DNA of 64,000 nucleotides from Endomicrobiales bacterium (lineage in GTDB: Bacteria; Elusimicrobiota; Endomicrobiia; Endomicrobiales; CAWCFT01): NCBI GenBank assembly GCA_963794945.1, contig CAWCFT010000006.1:64001-128000 (forward strand), read 5' to 3'. This document shows, piece by piece, positions 32,488 to 42,037 of this stretch. Made by a program: the position numbers and the translations under genes. Every line of letters starts with the position of its first letter. Positions within the stretch are counted from its first letter, which is position 1. The notes under the pieces are model-generated. The model did not search any database, was not told the DNA's origin, and was given only the letters and a program-made list of their open reading frames with translations.

Positions 32488-34044
32488 TTACTTAACAGTG
32501 ATTTTGTTGATAACCTTTTTCGCGCCCCCCTCGTAGGCGTACCTGGTAGCTTTATTGAACTCGAACCAGCTGTCTACGCTGCCGGTAAGCGTCGCGACGC
32601 CGTCAGTAACCTGCACGTTTATCTCGTTGCGGTTCAGCCACGTGCTCCATAGTATATTTTCTTCGATATTTTGTTTGACCTCCGCGTCGTTGACGTAAGG
32701 CCACGTGGAGTAGTAGTAAGGCGCACGGTACCCGTCCCAGTAAGAATAGTAGGGCGTATAGTTCCAGTCGGGGTCGTAGTTTAGATCGTAATAGGGCAGG
32801 CCGGGGTAGTTTACCGCCAGGTTGTTTTTTACGTTCAGCGCTCCGTTCGCCCTGGAAGCGATATCGTCCGCCTGGGCTTTCTCATACTCAGTGTCAACTG
32901 TGCCGCTTAGAGTGACTATGCCGTTCTTCGCTTTCACGTTTATATCGTAACCGTCAATAACGGCGTCGCGTAGGAGGGCCGTGGACACTTCCCTGGCAAG
33001 GGCGTCATCCGCCACCGTCCCGGACGGGTGGATCTTAAGCAGGTTTTTCACACGCTGAACACCCACGGTGTTCATAGCGTCCTGTTCGGCGGCGCGCCTC
33101 GCCTTAAGGTTATCGACCCAACCGCTGAGCGTTACGATGCAGTTTTCCACATCTACCCTTGTATTGAACGGTTCCACCCGCGGGTCATATACAAGCTCGT
33201 CGTGGACGGCCTGTTTAATCTGCTCATCGCTTTTGATAGCCTCTTTGCGCTGGCCTTTAAGCCTGTCCCATGGCTCTATCTTCAGCCCCTCGGCATTCAC
33301 ACGGCTCACCCCGGCGGTCCAGGCAAGCCCGATGGCGCGGCTTCGCTGCGCCGAGCTTCCCACCACGCCGGTCAGAGTCACTACGCCGTCTTTGACGTTC
33401 GTCACGATCACACACTGTTCCAGCCACACATCGATGGCTATAGCGTTTTGCACCTCGTCGGCGATCACCTTATCAGGCCGTTCGCTAATAACCTTAACTG
33501 CAATGCTGTCTTTCACATCCCTTACGCCGCTCACACCAGCGGCGGTGTTCAGGATGAGCCGCTTCTCGCGATACGACTGCGCCGTTCCTCCGAGCGTTAC
33601 GACACCGTCTTTAACGGCCGGCTCGAATTTGTATGATTTTGTCGCGGGATCATACAGCAAAGCCAGTTTAACATCCCTCGCTATTTCGTCGTCGGCCCTG
33701 GGCGTGGGTTTTACAACTATGGTATTTACCACCCCGCGCACTCCGCTTACGGTCTCGGCTAGAGCGGCAGCCCGCTCTTTTGCCATCAGGTTATTAGTTG
33801 CGCCGGAAAGCGTGACAATCCCAAAGCCCACTTCAGTATTTATCTGGTTGTCCCTCAGTTCAGGGTCGACAAGGAACATGTGGTCTACGGCGTTCGTTAT
33901 CTGCTGATCGGTCATCGGCACGGCTAAACAGTCTGCTGGCGCCAAGCATATACAAACACCCGAAACGAATACCATTATCGCTCTCAGGTATATTTGCCGG
34001 CTGTATAAAATACAGCTTGATACCGTTTTTATTTCACTTAGCAT
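32488..34044 (-). CDS. Multi-BON (OsmY-like) periplasmic protein, six BON domains
   Basis: Six repeats of D..I...V....GxVTLxGxV....GV..V.N.L.V. Confidence 0.92.
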   Translation of the reverse strand: MLSEIKTVSSCILYSRQIYLRAIMVFVSGVCICLAPADCLAVPMTDQQITNAVDHMFLVDPELRDNQINTEVGFGIVTLSGATNNLMAKERAAALAETVSGVRGVVNTIVVKPTPRADDEIARDVKLALLYDPATKSYKFEPAVKDGVVTLGGTAQSYREKRLILNTAAGVSGVRDVKDSIAVKVISERPDKVIADEVQNAIAIDVWLEQCVIVTNVKDGVVTLTGVVGSSAQRSRAIGLAWTAGVSRVNAEGLKIEPWDRLKGQRKEAIKSDEQIKQAVHDELVYDPRVEPFNTRVDVENCIVTLSGWVDNLKARRAAEQDAMNTVGVQRVKNLLKIHPSGTVADDALAREVSTALLRDAVIDGYDINVKAKNGIVTLSGTVDTEYEKAQADDIASRANGALNVKNNLAVNYPGLPYYDLNYDPDWNYTPYYSYWDGYRAPYYYSTWPYVNDAEVKQNIEENILWSTWLNRNEINVQVTDGVATLTGSVDSWFEFNKATRYAYEGGAKKVINKITVK

Positions 34045-34089
34045 GGCAGGCTCCTTTATCTTTTCAACCGGCGGGGCAATATTGATATT

Positions 34090-34150
34090 ATTTTAACTTG
34101 TTTGGTGTTATTAAATGATGACGAATATCGCATTAATACTAACCTAAAGT
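34090..34150 (-). promoter_or_regulatory. Tandem-box promoter (copy 7)
   Basis: ACTTTAGGTTAG-N9-GATATTCGTCAT-N22-TAAAAT. Confidence 0.6.
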
Positions 34151-34168
34151 ATGAAAATGTAAAATGAT

Positions 34169-34215
34169 AAAAAAACCACCTGTTTGCTGTCATTATTGCG
34201 ACAGCGAACAGGTGG
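34169..34215 (-). terminator. Intrinsic terminator after thioredoxin operon
   Basis: CCACCTGTTTGCTGTC / GACAGCGAACAGGTGG stem with T7 tail on minus strand. Confidence 0.75.
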
Positions 34216-34307
34216 CTATTCAAGGCTAATGTTCTGCGGCACTTGCCTTAGCAGTGTTCAGGCTGAGTGCTCTTATTTTTTTGGCGCTTCCCGGCCGTCA
34301 TTTTCCT

Positions 34308-34667
34308 TCATTTGGATTCTTTTAAAAGTATTTCTTTTATGGACTTAACGAACGATTCTTTCGGAAGCGCGCCTACCTGCATCTGCGGTTTGCCTTTTTT
34401 GGGGACGAACAGGATGCTCGGTATACTGCTGATGCCGAACACGCCGGCGAGCTCGCTTTCTTTGTCGGTATCTATCTTATAGATGTTTATCTTGCCTTTG
34501 TATTCGTTAGACAGTGTCTCGAGTATCGGGCTCACCATCTGACAAGGGCCGCACCAGTTTGCGTAGAAGTCTATGATGCAGGGCAGATCGCCTGCGAAAA
34601 CCCATTCCTTATTTTTCTCAAAATCGTACACCTTGGCCTTGAATGTTTCCTTTGTTAAGAACTCCAT
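34308..34667 (-). CDS. trxA: Thioredoxin
   Basis: DFYANWCGPC, SIPS. Confidence 0.92.
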   Translation of the reverse strand: MEFLTKETFKAKVYDFEKNKEWVFAGDLPCIIDFYANWCGPCQMVSPILETLSNEYKGKINIYKIDTDKESELAGVFGISSIPSILFVPKKGKPQMQVGALPKESFVKSIKEILLKESK

Positions 34668-34709
34668 ATTTACTCCTCCTTTGAGATTGTTGAAAACCTC
34701 AGCAATCTC

Positions 34710-34800
34710 TGATTACACGGATTTTACAATGATTACATAGATTAAGGCTTGTAGGTGTTAGGTGTATCTGTGTAATCTGCCTTAATAATCTGAGTAATCA
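34710..34800. repeat. Palindromic element of four GATTAC-N-AGATT-type units (2 direct + 2 inverted)
   Basis: TGATTACACGGATT, TGATTACATAGATT, TATCTGTGTAATCT, AATCTGAGTAATCA. Confidence 0.7.
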
Positions 34801-34834
34801 AGACCGTTGATGACTTTTTCAACGGTCTATATTT

Positions 34835-35104
34835 TTAACCTTTTAGCGCGGCTATCAGATTTTCTATCCTCTTATCCTTTATGCAGTAGTGGGATTTCAC
34901 GCCGTCTTTCTGCGGCACAAGAATATGCGCGTGCCGAAGTTTCGCCAGGTGCTGGGACACGGTTGACTGCGGCAGCTTCAGCTTGCTTACTATCTTATTG
35001 ACGTTGCACTTTCCGTTTGCCAGCAGGCCTATGACTATCTTAAGCCTTATCGGGTGCCCCAGCGCCTTTAACGCTTCACTATCTTTTTTGAGATCGATCG
35101 CCAT
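34835..35104 (-). CDS. ArsR/SmtB-family transcriptional regulator
   Basis: LKALGHPIRLKI, CNV, QSTVSQHLAKLR; RBS AGGAG before ATG 35104. Confidence 0.92.
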   Translation of the reverse strand: MAIDLKKDSEALKALGHPIRLKIVIGLLANGKCNVNKIVSKLKLPQSTVSQHLAKLRHAHILVPQKDGVKSHYCIKDKRIENLIAALKG

Positions 35105-35310
35105 ATGCTCTCCTTTCCGATTATTTTGATCGCGTTGGCAGGGCAAGCCCTCTCGCAGCCCGCCAAACGGTCGCACTTTGTTTCGTCCGTCACGGCGCAT
35201 TTCTTTGTTTTCTTGTCCAGGTAGAGTATGCGCTGGGGGCACATCGAAACGCACAACCCGCATCCGGTGCACCGTTCTTTGTCGATATCCACTATTTTCG
35301 CGTCATTCAC
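35068..35310 (-). CDS. 4Fe-4S dicluster ferredoxin-like protein
   Basis: CTGCGLCVSMCP and CDRLAGCERACP; GTG start with GAGGAGG RBS. Confidence 0.88.
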   Translation of the reverse strand: MNDAKIVDIDKERCTGCGLCVSMCPQRILYLDKKTKKCAVTDETKCDRLAGCERACPANAIKIIGKESIWRSISKKIVKR

Positions 35311-35335
35311 GCAAGCCTCCTCATATTTGTATAAC

Positions 35336-35367
35336 CATATATTACAATAATACGATATATATGTCAA
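35336..35367 (-). promoter_or_regulatory. Sigma70 promoter overlapped by ArsR-type imperfect palindrome
   Basis: TTGACA-N17-TAATAT; ATATATCGTATTATTGTAATATAT dyad. Confidence 0.65.
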
Positions 35368-35396
35368 GGGGCTTTAATTTAGTATAATGTAGCAAT

Positions 35397-36359
35397 ATGA
35401 GAGACGATATATTCAATGACCTCTTTGTTGTCCGCGGGAACCGCGTCAGGCAGGTATTGTTTTTACTTGGCCTGCTATTTTGCTGTTCGCCGTATTCCTC
35501 GCCACCCATAGCGCTGGCGCTGGGCCTCGCGCTCGCGCTTACGGTCGGGCATCCCTACAAAAAGCACAACAGCAAGGTGACCAAATACCTCCTGCAGATC
35601 TCCGTGGTCGGGCTTGGCTTCGGCTTAAATTTCGGTGAGGTTATAAAGGCAGGCAGAACGGGTGTGATGTTCACGGTTGTGTCGATATTCGGGACTCTGG
35701 CCCTGGGATACGTAATGGGCAAGCTCCTTGTGGTAAACAAAAATATATCCCGTCTTATATCGATAGGAACGGCCATTTGCGGCGGGAGCGCCATTGCCGC
35801 GCTGGCCCCTATAATCAACGCAAGCGAAAACGAGATATCCATATCACTCGGCACTGTTTTTATACTGAACTCGGTGGCGCTCTTTCTCTTCCCGCCCATA
35901 GGCCACCTGCTGGGGCTTACGCAAAACCAGTTCGGCGTATGGTCGGCTATCGCGATCCACGATACAAGCTCTGTCGTTGGAGCCGCGGCAAAATACGGCA
36001 TTGAGGCACTTCGGATAGCTACGACGGTTAAACTCACAAGGGCTCTCTGGATAGTTCCGCTGTCGCTGATTGCGGCGGTCATCTATAAGAACAAGACCGC
36101 GAAAGTGTCGCCGCCGTATTTTATCTTATTCTTTGTACTGGCGTTGGTCGCGGTCATGCTTCTTCCGGGTTTCGGCCCCGTTTACAGTTCGCTTGTGCAG
36201 ATAGCGAAAATAGGTTTGACTATCACTCTCTTCCTCATAGGCGCTGGGCTCTCGCGCGAAACCCTGAAGGTGGTCGGGATAAAACCCGTGCTTCTGGGCG
36301 CCATCCTCTGGATGATCATATCCGTTACAGCCCTGCTGGCTGTCAAGGGTATCCTCTAA
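35397..36359 (+). CDS. YeiH/putative sulfate exporter family membrane protein
   Basis: LLQISVVGLGF, GTAICGGSAIAA, AIHDTSSVVGA, VKLTRALWI. Confidence 0.92.
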   Translation: MRDDIFNDLFVVRGNRVRQVLFLLGLLFCCSPYSSPPIALALGLALALTVGHPYKKHNSKVTKYLLQISVVGLGFGLNFGEVIKAGRTGVMFTVVSIFGTLALGYVMGKLLVVNKNISRLISIGTAICGGSAIAALAPIINASENEISISLGTVFILNSVALFLFPPIGHLLGLTQNQFGVWSAIAIHDTSSVVGAAAKYGIEALRIATTVKLTRALWIVPLSLIAAVIYKNKTAKVSPPYFILFFVLALVAVMLLPGFGPVYSSLVQIAKIGLTITLFLIGAGLSRETLKVVGIKPVLLGAILWMIISVTALLAVKGIL

Positions 36360-36370
36360 GCTTATGCTTC

Positions 36371-36826
36371 TTATACCACAGCCGGCACCTTTATTCCCAA
36401 CTGCGAAAGTATACCCGGAAGCCCGGCATTGGCCACTATCTCAACTTTGAAAGATGTTATTTTGCCGTTCTTAAAGGTGACATCCACTTTTTCTTCCGGC
36501 AGAGAGAACTTCTTGTTGGTCGCCTGTACCGAGCGTATGCCCATAAGCGGCAGGTTAAGCTCTTTTAAGTGGGTCCCGGAGATCCTGACCTTAAGACTGA
36601 CATTTTCCCCGCTCTCCTTGAAATCATGGGCGTTAAACGACCAGTCCGGTATGGCGCTGACCAGCGCCTGGTGCAGCTCCAAAAACCCCTTCTTATCAAC
36701 TGGTTCGGGCGTGGGGCCCGAGAACTTAAACTCATCCGTCAGGTAAATGCCGGCCCTACCCCACACCCCCCGCTCAATAGCAGAAAATAACTGCTTTAAT
36801 AATTCCGTGTTCGTTTCATACATCAT
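36371..36826 (-). CDS. SnoaL/ester-cyclase-like (NTF2 fold) protein
   Basis: AIPDWSF, SGTH..L, ATNKKF..P, GKIT. Confidence 0.78.
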   Translation of the reverse strand: MMYETNTELLKQLFSAIERGVWGRAGIYLTDEFKFSGPTPEPVDKKGFLELHQALVSAIPDWSFNAHDFKESGENVSLKVRISGTHLKELNLPLMGIRSVQATNKKFSLPEEKVDVTFKNGKITSFKVEIVANAGLPGILSQLGIKVPAVV

Positions 36827-36861
36827 AAAGCCTCCCTTGTGCTGCACCCGGCAGTGTTTCA

Positions 36862-37113
36862 TCACCGGCCCTTTGTGAAAGTTTTGACGCCGGCCCCAAC
36901 CGCGTCCTGGACGCGTCCCGCCTCTTTGAGCACCTTGTCTTTTGTCTTCGATACCAGGTCCTCGGCGTCGCCCACCAGCTCTTCTTCCAGGTCAAATATT
37001 TTTTTTCGAGTCTCTTTTCCCGAAGCCGGCGCGTAGATAATGGCCAGGCCCGCGCCCGCTAGGGCCCCGACGATCAAAGCCAGGAAAATATTCATTGTGT
37101 TTCTAGAAAACAT
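36862..37113 (-). CDS. YtxH-domain protein
   Basis: GALAGAGLAIIYAPASGKETRKKI; paralog at 50170-50445. Confidence 0.88.
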   Translation of the reverse strand: MFSRNTMNIFLALIVGALAGAGLAIIYAPASGKETRKKIFDLEEELVGDAEDLVSKTKDKVLKEAGRVQDAVGAGVKTFTKGR

Positions 37114-37146
37114 ATAGGCCTCCTTTTTAGCCTGTTTTATAAGTAT

Positions 37147-37207
37147 ATTTTGCAATATTCATATGTATAATAGAATAGGCTGATTCGTTTTTTTCCTGTT
37201 ATTTTTC
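37147..37207 (-). promoter_or_regulatory. Tandem-box promoter (copy 8, weaker)
   Basis: GAAAAATAACAG-N9-GAATCAGCCTAT-N22-CAAAAT. Confidence 0.5.
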
Positions 37208-37226
37208 TTCCGGCTTTAAAATCGGG

Positions 37227-37859
37227 TTAGCTTGATGGCGTAAGCAATCTGCGCGCGATATCGGAGGCGACATCAATATCGGAGAGTTCGGGAGAGAAAC
37301 AGACCTTACGGCCGTTACGTTTGAATATTTCCAGCGTTTTGCTCAGCACGGAAGAAGTGCTCCATTTAATCCCGGTAAAAGCGCCTGGCAGGAATCTTTC
37401 TTTTTTAAAACCTATTAAATAGTATCCGCCGTCTTTCGCCGGGCCGATTATCGAACCGCTCCTTCCCAGTTCCTTTAAGGCGCCGTTAAGCAGTCCCGAG
37501 GAAATATCCGGTATATCGCAGCCTATCAATAACGCTTTGCCGTATCCAGAAGCAAAAACGCTTTTAAAAGCGTTTTTCATTTTTACGCCGAGGCCCCGTC
37601 CTTTTTGCGGCATATATCTTTCGCCTTTACCGAGCCATTTTATAAAGGCCGACAGCGAACGGGAAGGAGAATAACAGATAAAAATATCTTTACCGGATTT
37701 TCGGGCCTTATTCAGCGTCGATACAACCATCGTTTTGTAGAGTTCGCAAGCCTGCTCTTTGCCGAGTGGCGGCACAAGCCTCGTCTTGACCTTGCCCGGT
37801 GAGGGGTACTTGGTAAAAATAATTATGCACTCTCTTTGAGCAGGCAAAATCGGTTTCAA
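37227..37859 (-). CDS. TIGR04282/DUF2064-type (CofC-like) transferase of arsenosugar-type cluster
   Basis: IFTKYPSPGKVKTRL, Q.G.GLG.KM, IGCDIP, GPAKDGGYYLIG, DID; TTGA overlap with arsS stop. Confidence 0.9.
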   Translation of the reverse strand: MKPILPAQRECIIIFTKYPSPGKVKTRLVPPLGKEQACELYKTMVVSTLNKARKSGKDIFICYSPSRSLSAFIKWLGKGERYMPQKGRGLGVKMKNAFKSVFASGYGKALLIGCDIPDISSGLLNGALKELGRSGSIIGPAKDGGYYLIGFKKERFLPGAFTGIKWSTSSVLSKTLEIFKRNGRKVCFSPELSDIDVASDIARRLLTPSS

Positions 37860-38863
37860 CCGGTGGCCCCCTGGCACGAAGAACCGCTGCCCGCCGTGCA
37901 CCCGTAACAGTGGTTGTGGGTCACTATCTCTCTGCCCTCAAGCCCGGCCTCATCGAACTCGAACACGGTGGAACATTTTCTGCACGATACGCCGAGGCCC
38001 AGCATCTGGTTAAAATCGCAGTCGTAAAGCCGCCCGTCCCATGACACTGAGACCATCGCCTTGCACATAACTTTCTCGGCCGCCAGCGGGTTGTAGCTGC
38101 CGGCAAGCTCCAGCATGTAATCGCCTGTATTGTCCGTTTCCTGCAGGTAATCGAAATACCGCCCGACCGGCATGTTGGTTATGCAAAAAAGGCTGTTGAA
38201 CTCTATGCCGTGCTCGTTCCTGAGCCGCGCGCGGTAGTCGCGCTCAAGCGCCTTCTGGTCGCCCGGAAGGTACGCCCCGGCCGGGTTGTGGGCAATGTCC
38301 AGGACGAGTTTTTTGTCGCACCCGTATCCCTTGCCGTTGAGTGTCTTTATCGCCCGCACAACTTTGCTATATACGTCTTTTCCCCTCTGCCGGCCGGTCT
38401 TATCGCCGCCGCAATCGGGCAGAGAGGCGCACACCTCAACCCCTCCGCCCGCGTAAACGTTTGCGAACCCCTCGTACTCTTTTTCAGTCAGGATCGCCAG
38501 GTTCGAGCGGACGATGAGCCTCTTGCCGCACTTCGAGGCCCTTTCGATGAACCATTTGAGGTTCGGATTCATCTCAGGCGCTCCGCCGGTTATATCAACA
38601 GTGTTTACCGAGCGCGAAGAACCTATTATATCGAGACACTTTTCGAGAACTTTCCGGCCCATCGTCTCGGACCTGCCGGGCCCGGCGTCCACGTGGCAGT
38701 GCCTGCAATAGAGGTTGCACCTCTTGCCGATGTTCATCTGCAGCACCTCGACTTTTCCGGCCCTGAGCGGGTACTTGTCAGTGGCTCTCAGTTTGTCTTC
38801 GAAATCTTCCAGCCCGCAAGACTCGCGGAGCGCGGCAAGATGGCTGATAGTATTCATTTTCAC
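37856..38863 (-). CDS. arsS: Arsenosugar biosynthesis radical SAM protein
   Basis: LQMNIGKRCNLYCRHCHVDAGP, DITGGAPEMNP, YDCDFNQML, HCYGCTAGSGSSCQG. Confidence 0.92.
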   Translation of the reverse strand: MKMNTISHLAALRESCGLEDFEDKLRATDKYPLRAGKVEVLQMNIGKRCNLYCRHCHVDAGPGRSETMGRKVLEKCLDIIGSSRSVNTVDITGGAPEMNPNLKWFIERASKCGKRLIVRSNLAILTEKEYEGFANVYAGGGVEVCASLPDCGGDKTGRQRGKDVYSKVVRAIKTLNGKGYGCDKKLVLDIAHNPAGAYLPGDQKALERDYRARLRNEHGIEFNSLFCITNMPVGRYFDYLQETDNTGDYMLELAGSYNPLAAEKVMCKAMVSVSWDGRLYDCDFNQMLGLGVSCRKCSTVFEFDEAGLEGREIVTHNHCYGCTAGSGSSCQGATG

Positions 38864-38873
38864 CCCGTCTATT

Positions 38874-39206
38874 TTACATAGCCTTCTTTTTTATTATCTT
38901 TCGCATCTGCGTCGAGTGGGCGAGCGCCATGCCCGCGAGCATCACCGCGCCGACGTGCACGGACTCCATCATCTCATCGTTGGTCACGCCGAGCGACATA
39001 CACTTGTTAGTGTAGGCGTCTATGCAGTATGGGCAGTGCAGGGCGGTCGCGACCGAAAGCGCGATCAGCGACTTTTCCCGCTCGCTGAGCTTCCCCGCGG
39101 CAGTCGCCGCTGCGTAGTAATCAAAAAACTCCTTTCCCTGTTCCGGCGCGAACTCAGTGATGTTCCCGAAATCCGCGAGGTCTTTTTTCTCATAATACTC
39201 TGGCAT
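38874..39206 (-). CDS. AhpD/CMD peroxidase-like protein associated with arsS
   Basis: FFDYY, LSEREKSLIAL, CPYCIDAY, EMMESVHV. Confidence 0.9.
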   Translation of the reverse strand: MPEYYEKKDLADFGNITEFAPEQGKEFFDYYAAATAAGKLSEREKSLIALSVATALHCPYCIDAYTNKCMSLGVTNDEMMESVHVGAVMLAGMALAHSTQMRKIIKKKAM

Positions 39207-39217
39207 AATGAGCTCCT

Positions 39218-39892
39218 TTACTTATAGTATTGCGCCAGCTTCTCCGGCGCAACTCCGAAATTGTACATAAGCTTTATCAGCTTGTTCCTAACTGTCGCCC
39301 GCAGGACACCTTCCTTCTCCCACCTGCGCGCCGAGGTCACGGCCTTGGAATCCACTATTGTCACGCTGCCTCCTGTTCTCTTTATTCTCTGCATTATCTC
39401 GACGTCTTCCATAAGCGGGATATCCATGTAGCCGCCGATGCTTTGAAAATATTTTTTGGTAAAGAACAAGGCCTGGTCGCCGTAAGGCATGGCGAAAAAC
39501 CTGGTTCTCAAGTTGGCGGTGAGGGCTATGAACTTGAGGATGGGGTTTTTTGTGTCTATATCGAGGCTGAACGCTCCCGCGCCGTTATACTTGAGCGCCT
39601 CTTCAATATCTGCGAAAGCTCCCGGCGGCAGCCTCGTGTCCGCGTGCAGGAACAAGAGCGCATCTCCTCCGGCCCTCAAGGCGCCGGCGTTCATTTGGCT
39701 GCCCCGGCCTGGCGCGGAGACCAGCCTGACAACTTTCCCGTCCGCGATGCTCTTAAGGGTCCGCGCGCCCGGCTCACCGTCGACAACTATTATCTCAAGC
39801 ACACCGCCGCCCGGCGCGTTCCTCAGCGCGGCTATGGCCGTGTTTATGATGTTGTGTTCGCCGTAAACAGGCATCACTACAGATATATTCAT
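39218..39892 (-). CDS. TIGR04283-type GT2 glycosyltransferase
   Basis: GRGSQMNAGA, LLFLHADT, PYGDQ, LMEDV, TSARRW. Confidence 0.92.
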   Translation of the reverse strand: MNISVVMPVYGEHNIINTAIAALRNAPGGGVLEIIVVDGEPGARTLKSIADGKVVRLVSAPGRGSQMNAGALRAGGDALLFLHADTRLPPGAFADIEEALKYNGAGAFSLDIDTKNPILKFIALTANLRTRFFAMPYGDQALFFTKKYFQSIGGYMDIPLMEDVEIMQRIKRTGGSVTIVDSKAVTSARRWEKEGVLRATVRNKLIKLMYNFGVAPEKLAQYYK

Positions 39893-39893
39893 G

Positions 39894-41310
39894 TCACCTT
39901 AAAAAAAGCAGGTTAACGAGCATTTTCATCCAGGGTTTTAATTTCTTTTTAAGTATTTCGTACGCGGCCGAACCGTATATCTCGCTCTCGGTAGGGTACG
40001 GGAATATAACACCAGCGAAAACCGAGGCATGCATCTTCTTTTTTACGGCGAGCGCGGCCGTTCCTATCAGCTCGCCGGCCTTCTCGCCGACTATGGTGGC
40101 GCCTATAAGCCTCCGCCTTTACCCAGAACCAGTTTGATGAAACCGTCCGTATCCCCTTCGGATTTGGCGCGGTCGTTCTCGGCCAGCCTGTATTTGACGG
40201 CCTCCCTGAAAAGCCCCTCCTGTTTCGCCCATGTCTCGGTGTAGCCGACGTGCGCGGCCTCGGGTATAGTGAAGGTCGCCCAGGGCACGGACGAGTAGTC
40301 CGCCCTGGCGGGGAACGGCAGTATAATGTTCCTCACAACGATGCCCGCCTGGTAACCCGCCATGTGCGTGAACTGGAACGGGCCCGTGGCGTCGCCGCAC
40401 GCGAAAATATTTTTTACGTTCGTCCTCATGTGGGCGTCCGTGGGGATGTAGCCGTGCGTGTCCGTCTTTACGCCCGCTTTCTCGAGCCCCAGCCCTTTGG
40501 TGTCCGCCGTCCGGCCGAGGGCGACAAGAACCGCATCGCCGCTCACCTCTTTATTAATGCCGCCCCGCTCGAAGGAAACGGCGCGGCCAGCGCCCTCAGC
40601 CCGCACGCCGGTCACTTTGGCGCCGAGGTTGAAATCTATCCCCTCGCCGGACATTATGTTTTCCATGAGCGGGCCCACTTCGGGGTCGTCTCTATGAAAA
40701 AGCGACGGCTGAAGGTCTATTACGGAAACTTCCGAGCCCAGGTAGCGGAAACCCTGGCCAAGCTCCAGGCCTATAGGCCCGCCGCCCAGCACCACCAGGT
40801 GTTTGGGCAGGGTCTTAATGTCAAAAATGTTTTCGTTGGTAAGGTAAGGTATGCTGTTTAACCCCGGCACAGGAGGCACCAGGGGCTTGGAGCCGGAGGC
40901 TATGATAATATATTTCGCCGTGAGCGTTTTTTCGCCGGCGGTGACCGTGTGGTTGTCTATAAAGGCCGCTTCGCCGTAGATAACGTCCACACCCAGCGAG
41001 ATGAACCTCTCCCTTGAGTCGTGCGGGGCGATCGAAGCGATAACCGCGCGGACCCGTTCCATCACCCTGTTTATGTCCGCGCCTTCGAACGAGGCCTTAA
41101 TGCCGAACTCGCGCGCCCGTTTTACAAGCGCGGCGCGTGCGCGCTTTTGAGAAAGGTTTTGCTGGGCACACAGCCGGTGTTGAGGCACTCGCCGCCCATC
41201 GCGCTTTTTTCTATTAGGGCCACGCGCGCGCCGAAAGAGACGAGGCCGGAGGCTACCACCAGGCCAGCGCTGCCGCCTCCTATTATAACAGCGTGATAAT
41301 CGTATTTCAT
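39894..41310 (-). CDS. Pyridine nucleotide-disulfide oxidoreductase (MerA/LpdA-like), two apparent frameshifts
   Basis: IIGGGSAG, GGECLNTGCVPSK, GGGPIGLE, QFTHMA, FPYPT; shifts near 41133 and 40113. Confidence 0.9.
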
Positions 41311-41311
41311 G

Positions 41312-41972
41312 TTATTCTCCGCTTTCCTTTTTCTTAAGGTACGCCCGCGCGCGCCTGACAAGGATGACGAGCAGGACGCAGAAAACCGCGAACGCGGCGG
41401 CAGCCCCGCGCGGCGCTTTGCCTGAATATATCAGTTTCGCGGCGATGTCAGAGCCCGCGACATAGAGCACAGTGCCCGGCAGCATGCAGAGCCACGACCA
41501 GAAAATATAAGTCCCGAACTTTATTCGAGTTATGCCGAAAGCGTAGTTTAAGAGCGTGAAAGGGAACAGCGGGACAAGGCGGGTAACGGCCACTATAGCC
41601 GCGCCGTACTTTTCAGTTAACGCGCCGAGCCTCGCGAACTTTTCGCTATCCCCGAGCCATTTCTCTACGGATTCGCGCAGGAAATACCTCGCTATCAGAA
41701 AAGAGAGCGCCGCGCCCATCGTTGATGCCGCGCTTACGGTCAAAACCCCGAGCGCCGTTCCGAAGAGCGCCCCGGCAGCTATGGTCAGCGCCGAACCCGG
41801 GACAAGCGCCGTGACCGCCACAGCGTAAATTAGCGCGAACACCACCGGCCCCCAGAACCCCGAGGCCCTTTATAAAATCCCTGAGCTCCGCCAGCCTTTC
41901 GCCGAGGCCAAAAACGCGCGCGAAGTAAACGAACACGCACAGCGCCAATAATAGGATAACCGGTTTGATCAA
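41312..41972 (-). CDS. TVP38/TMEM64 (DedA-like) membrane protein, frameshift in G run near 41860
   Basis: PGSALTIAAGALFG, FLIARY, RLVPLFPF.LLNY, MLPGT. Confidence 0.88.
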
Positions 41973-42037
41973 GGCTGAGTATTTTTGTTTTATGGCAAAT
42001 CCCCTGAAAATACCACCAACGCGATATTATATATTAT

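Noticed and set aside
37856..37900. Selenocysteine in ArsS C-terminus
   Set aside because: The position is encoded by TGC (Cys); the TGA comes five codons after it and overlaps the next start.
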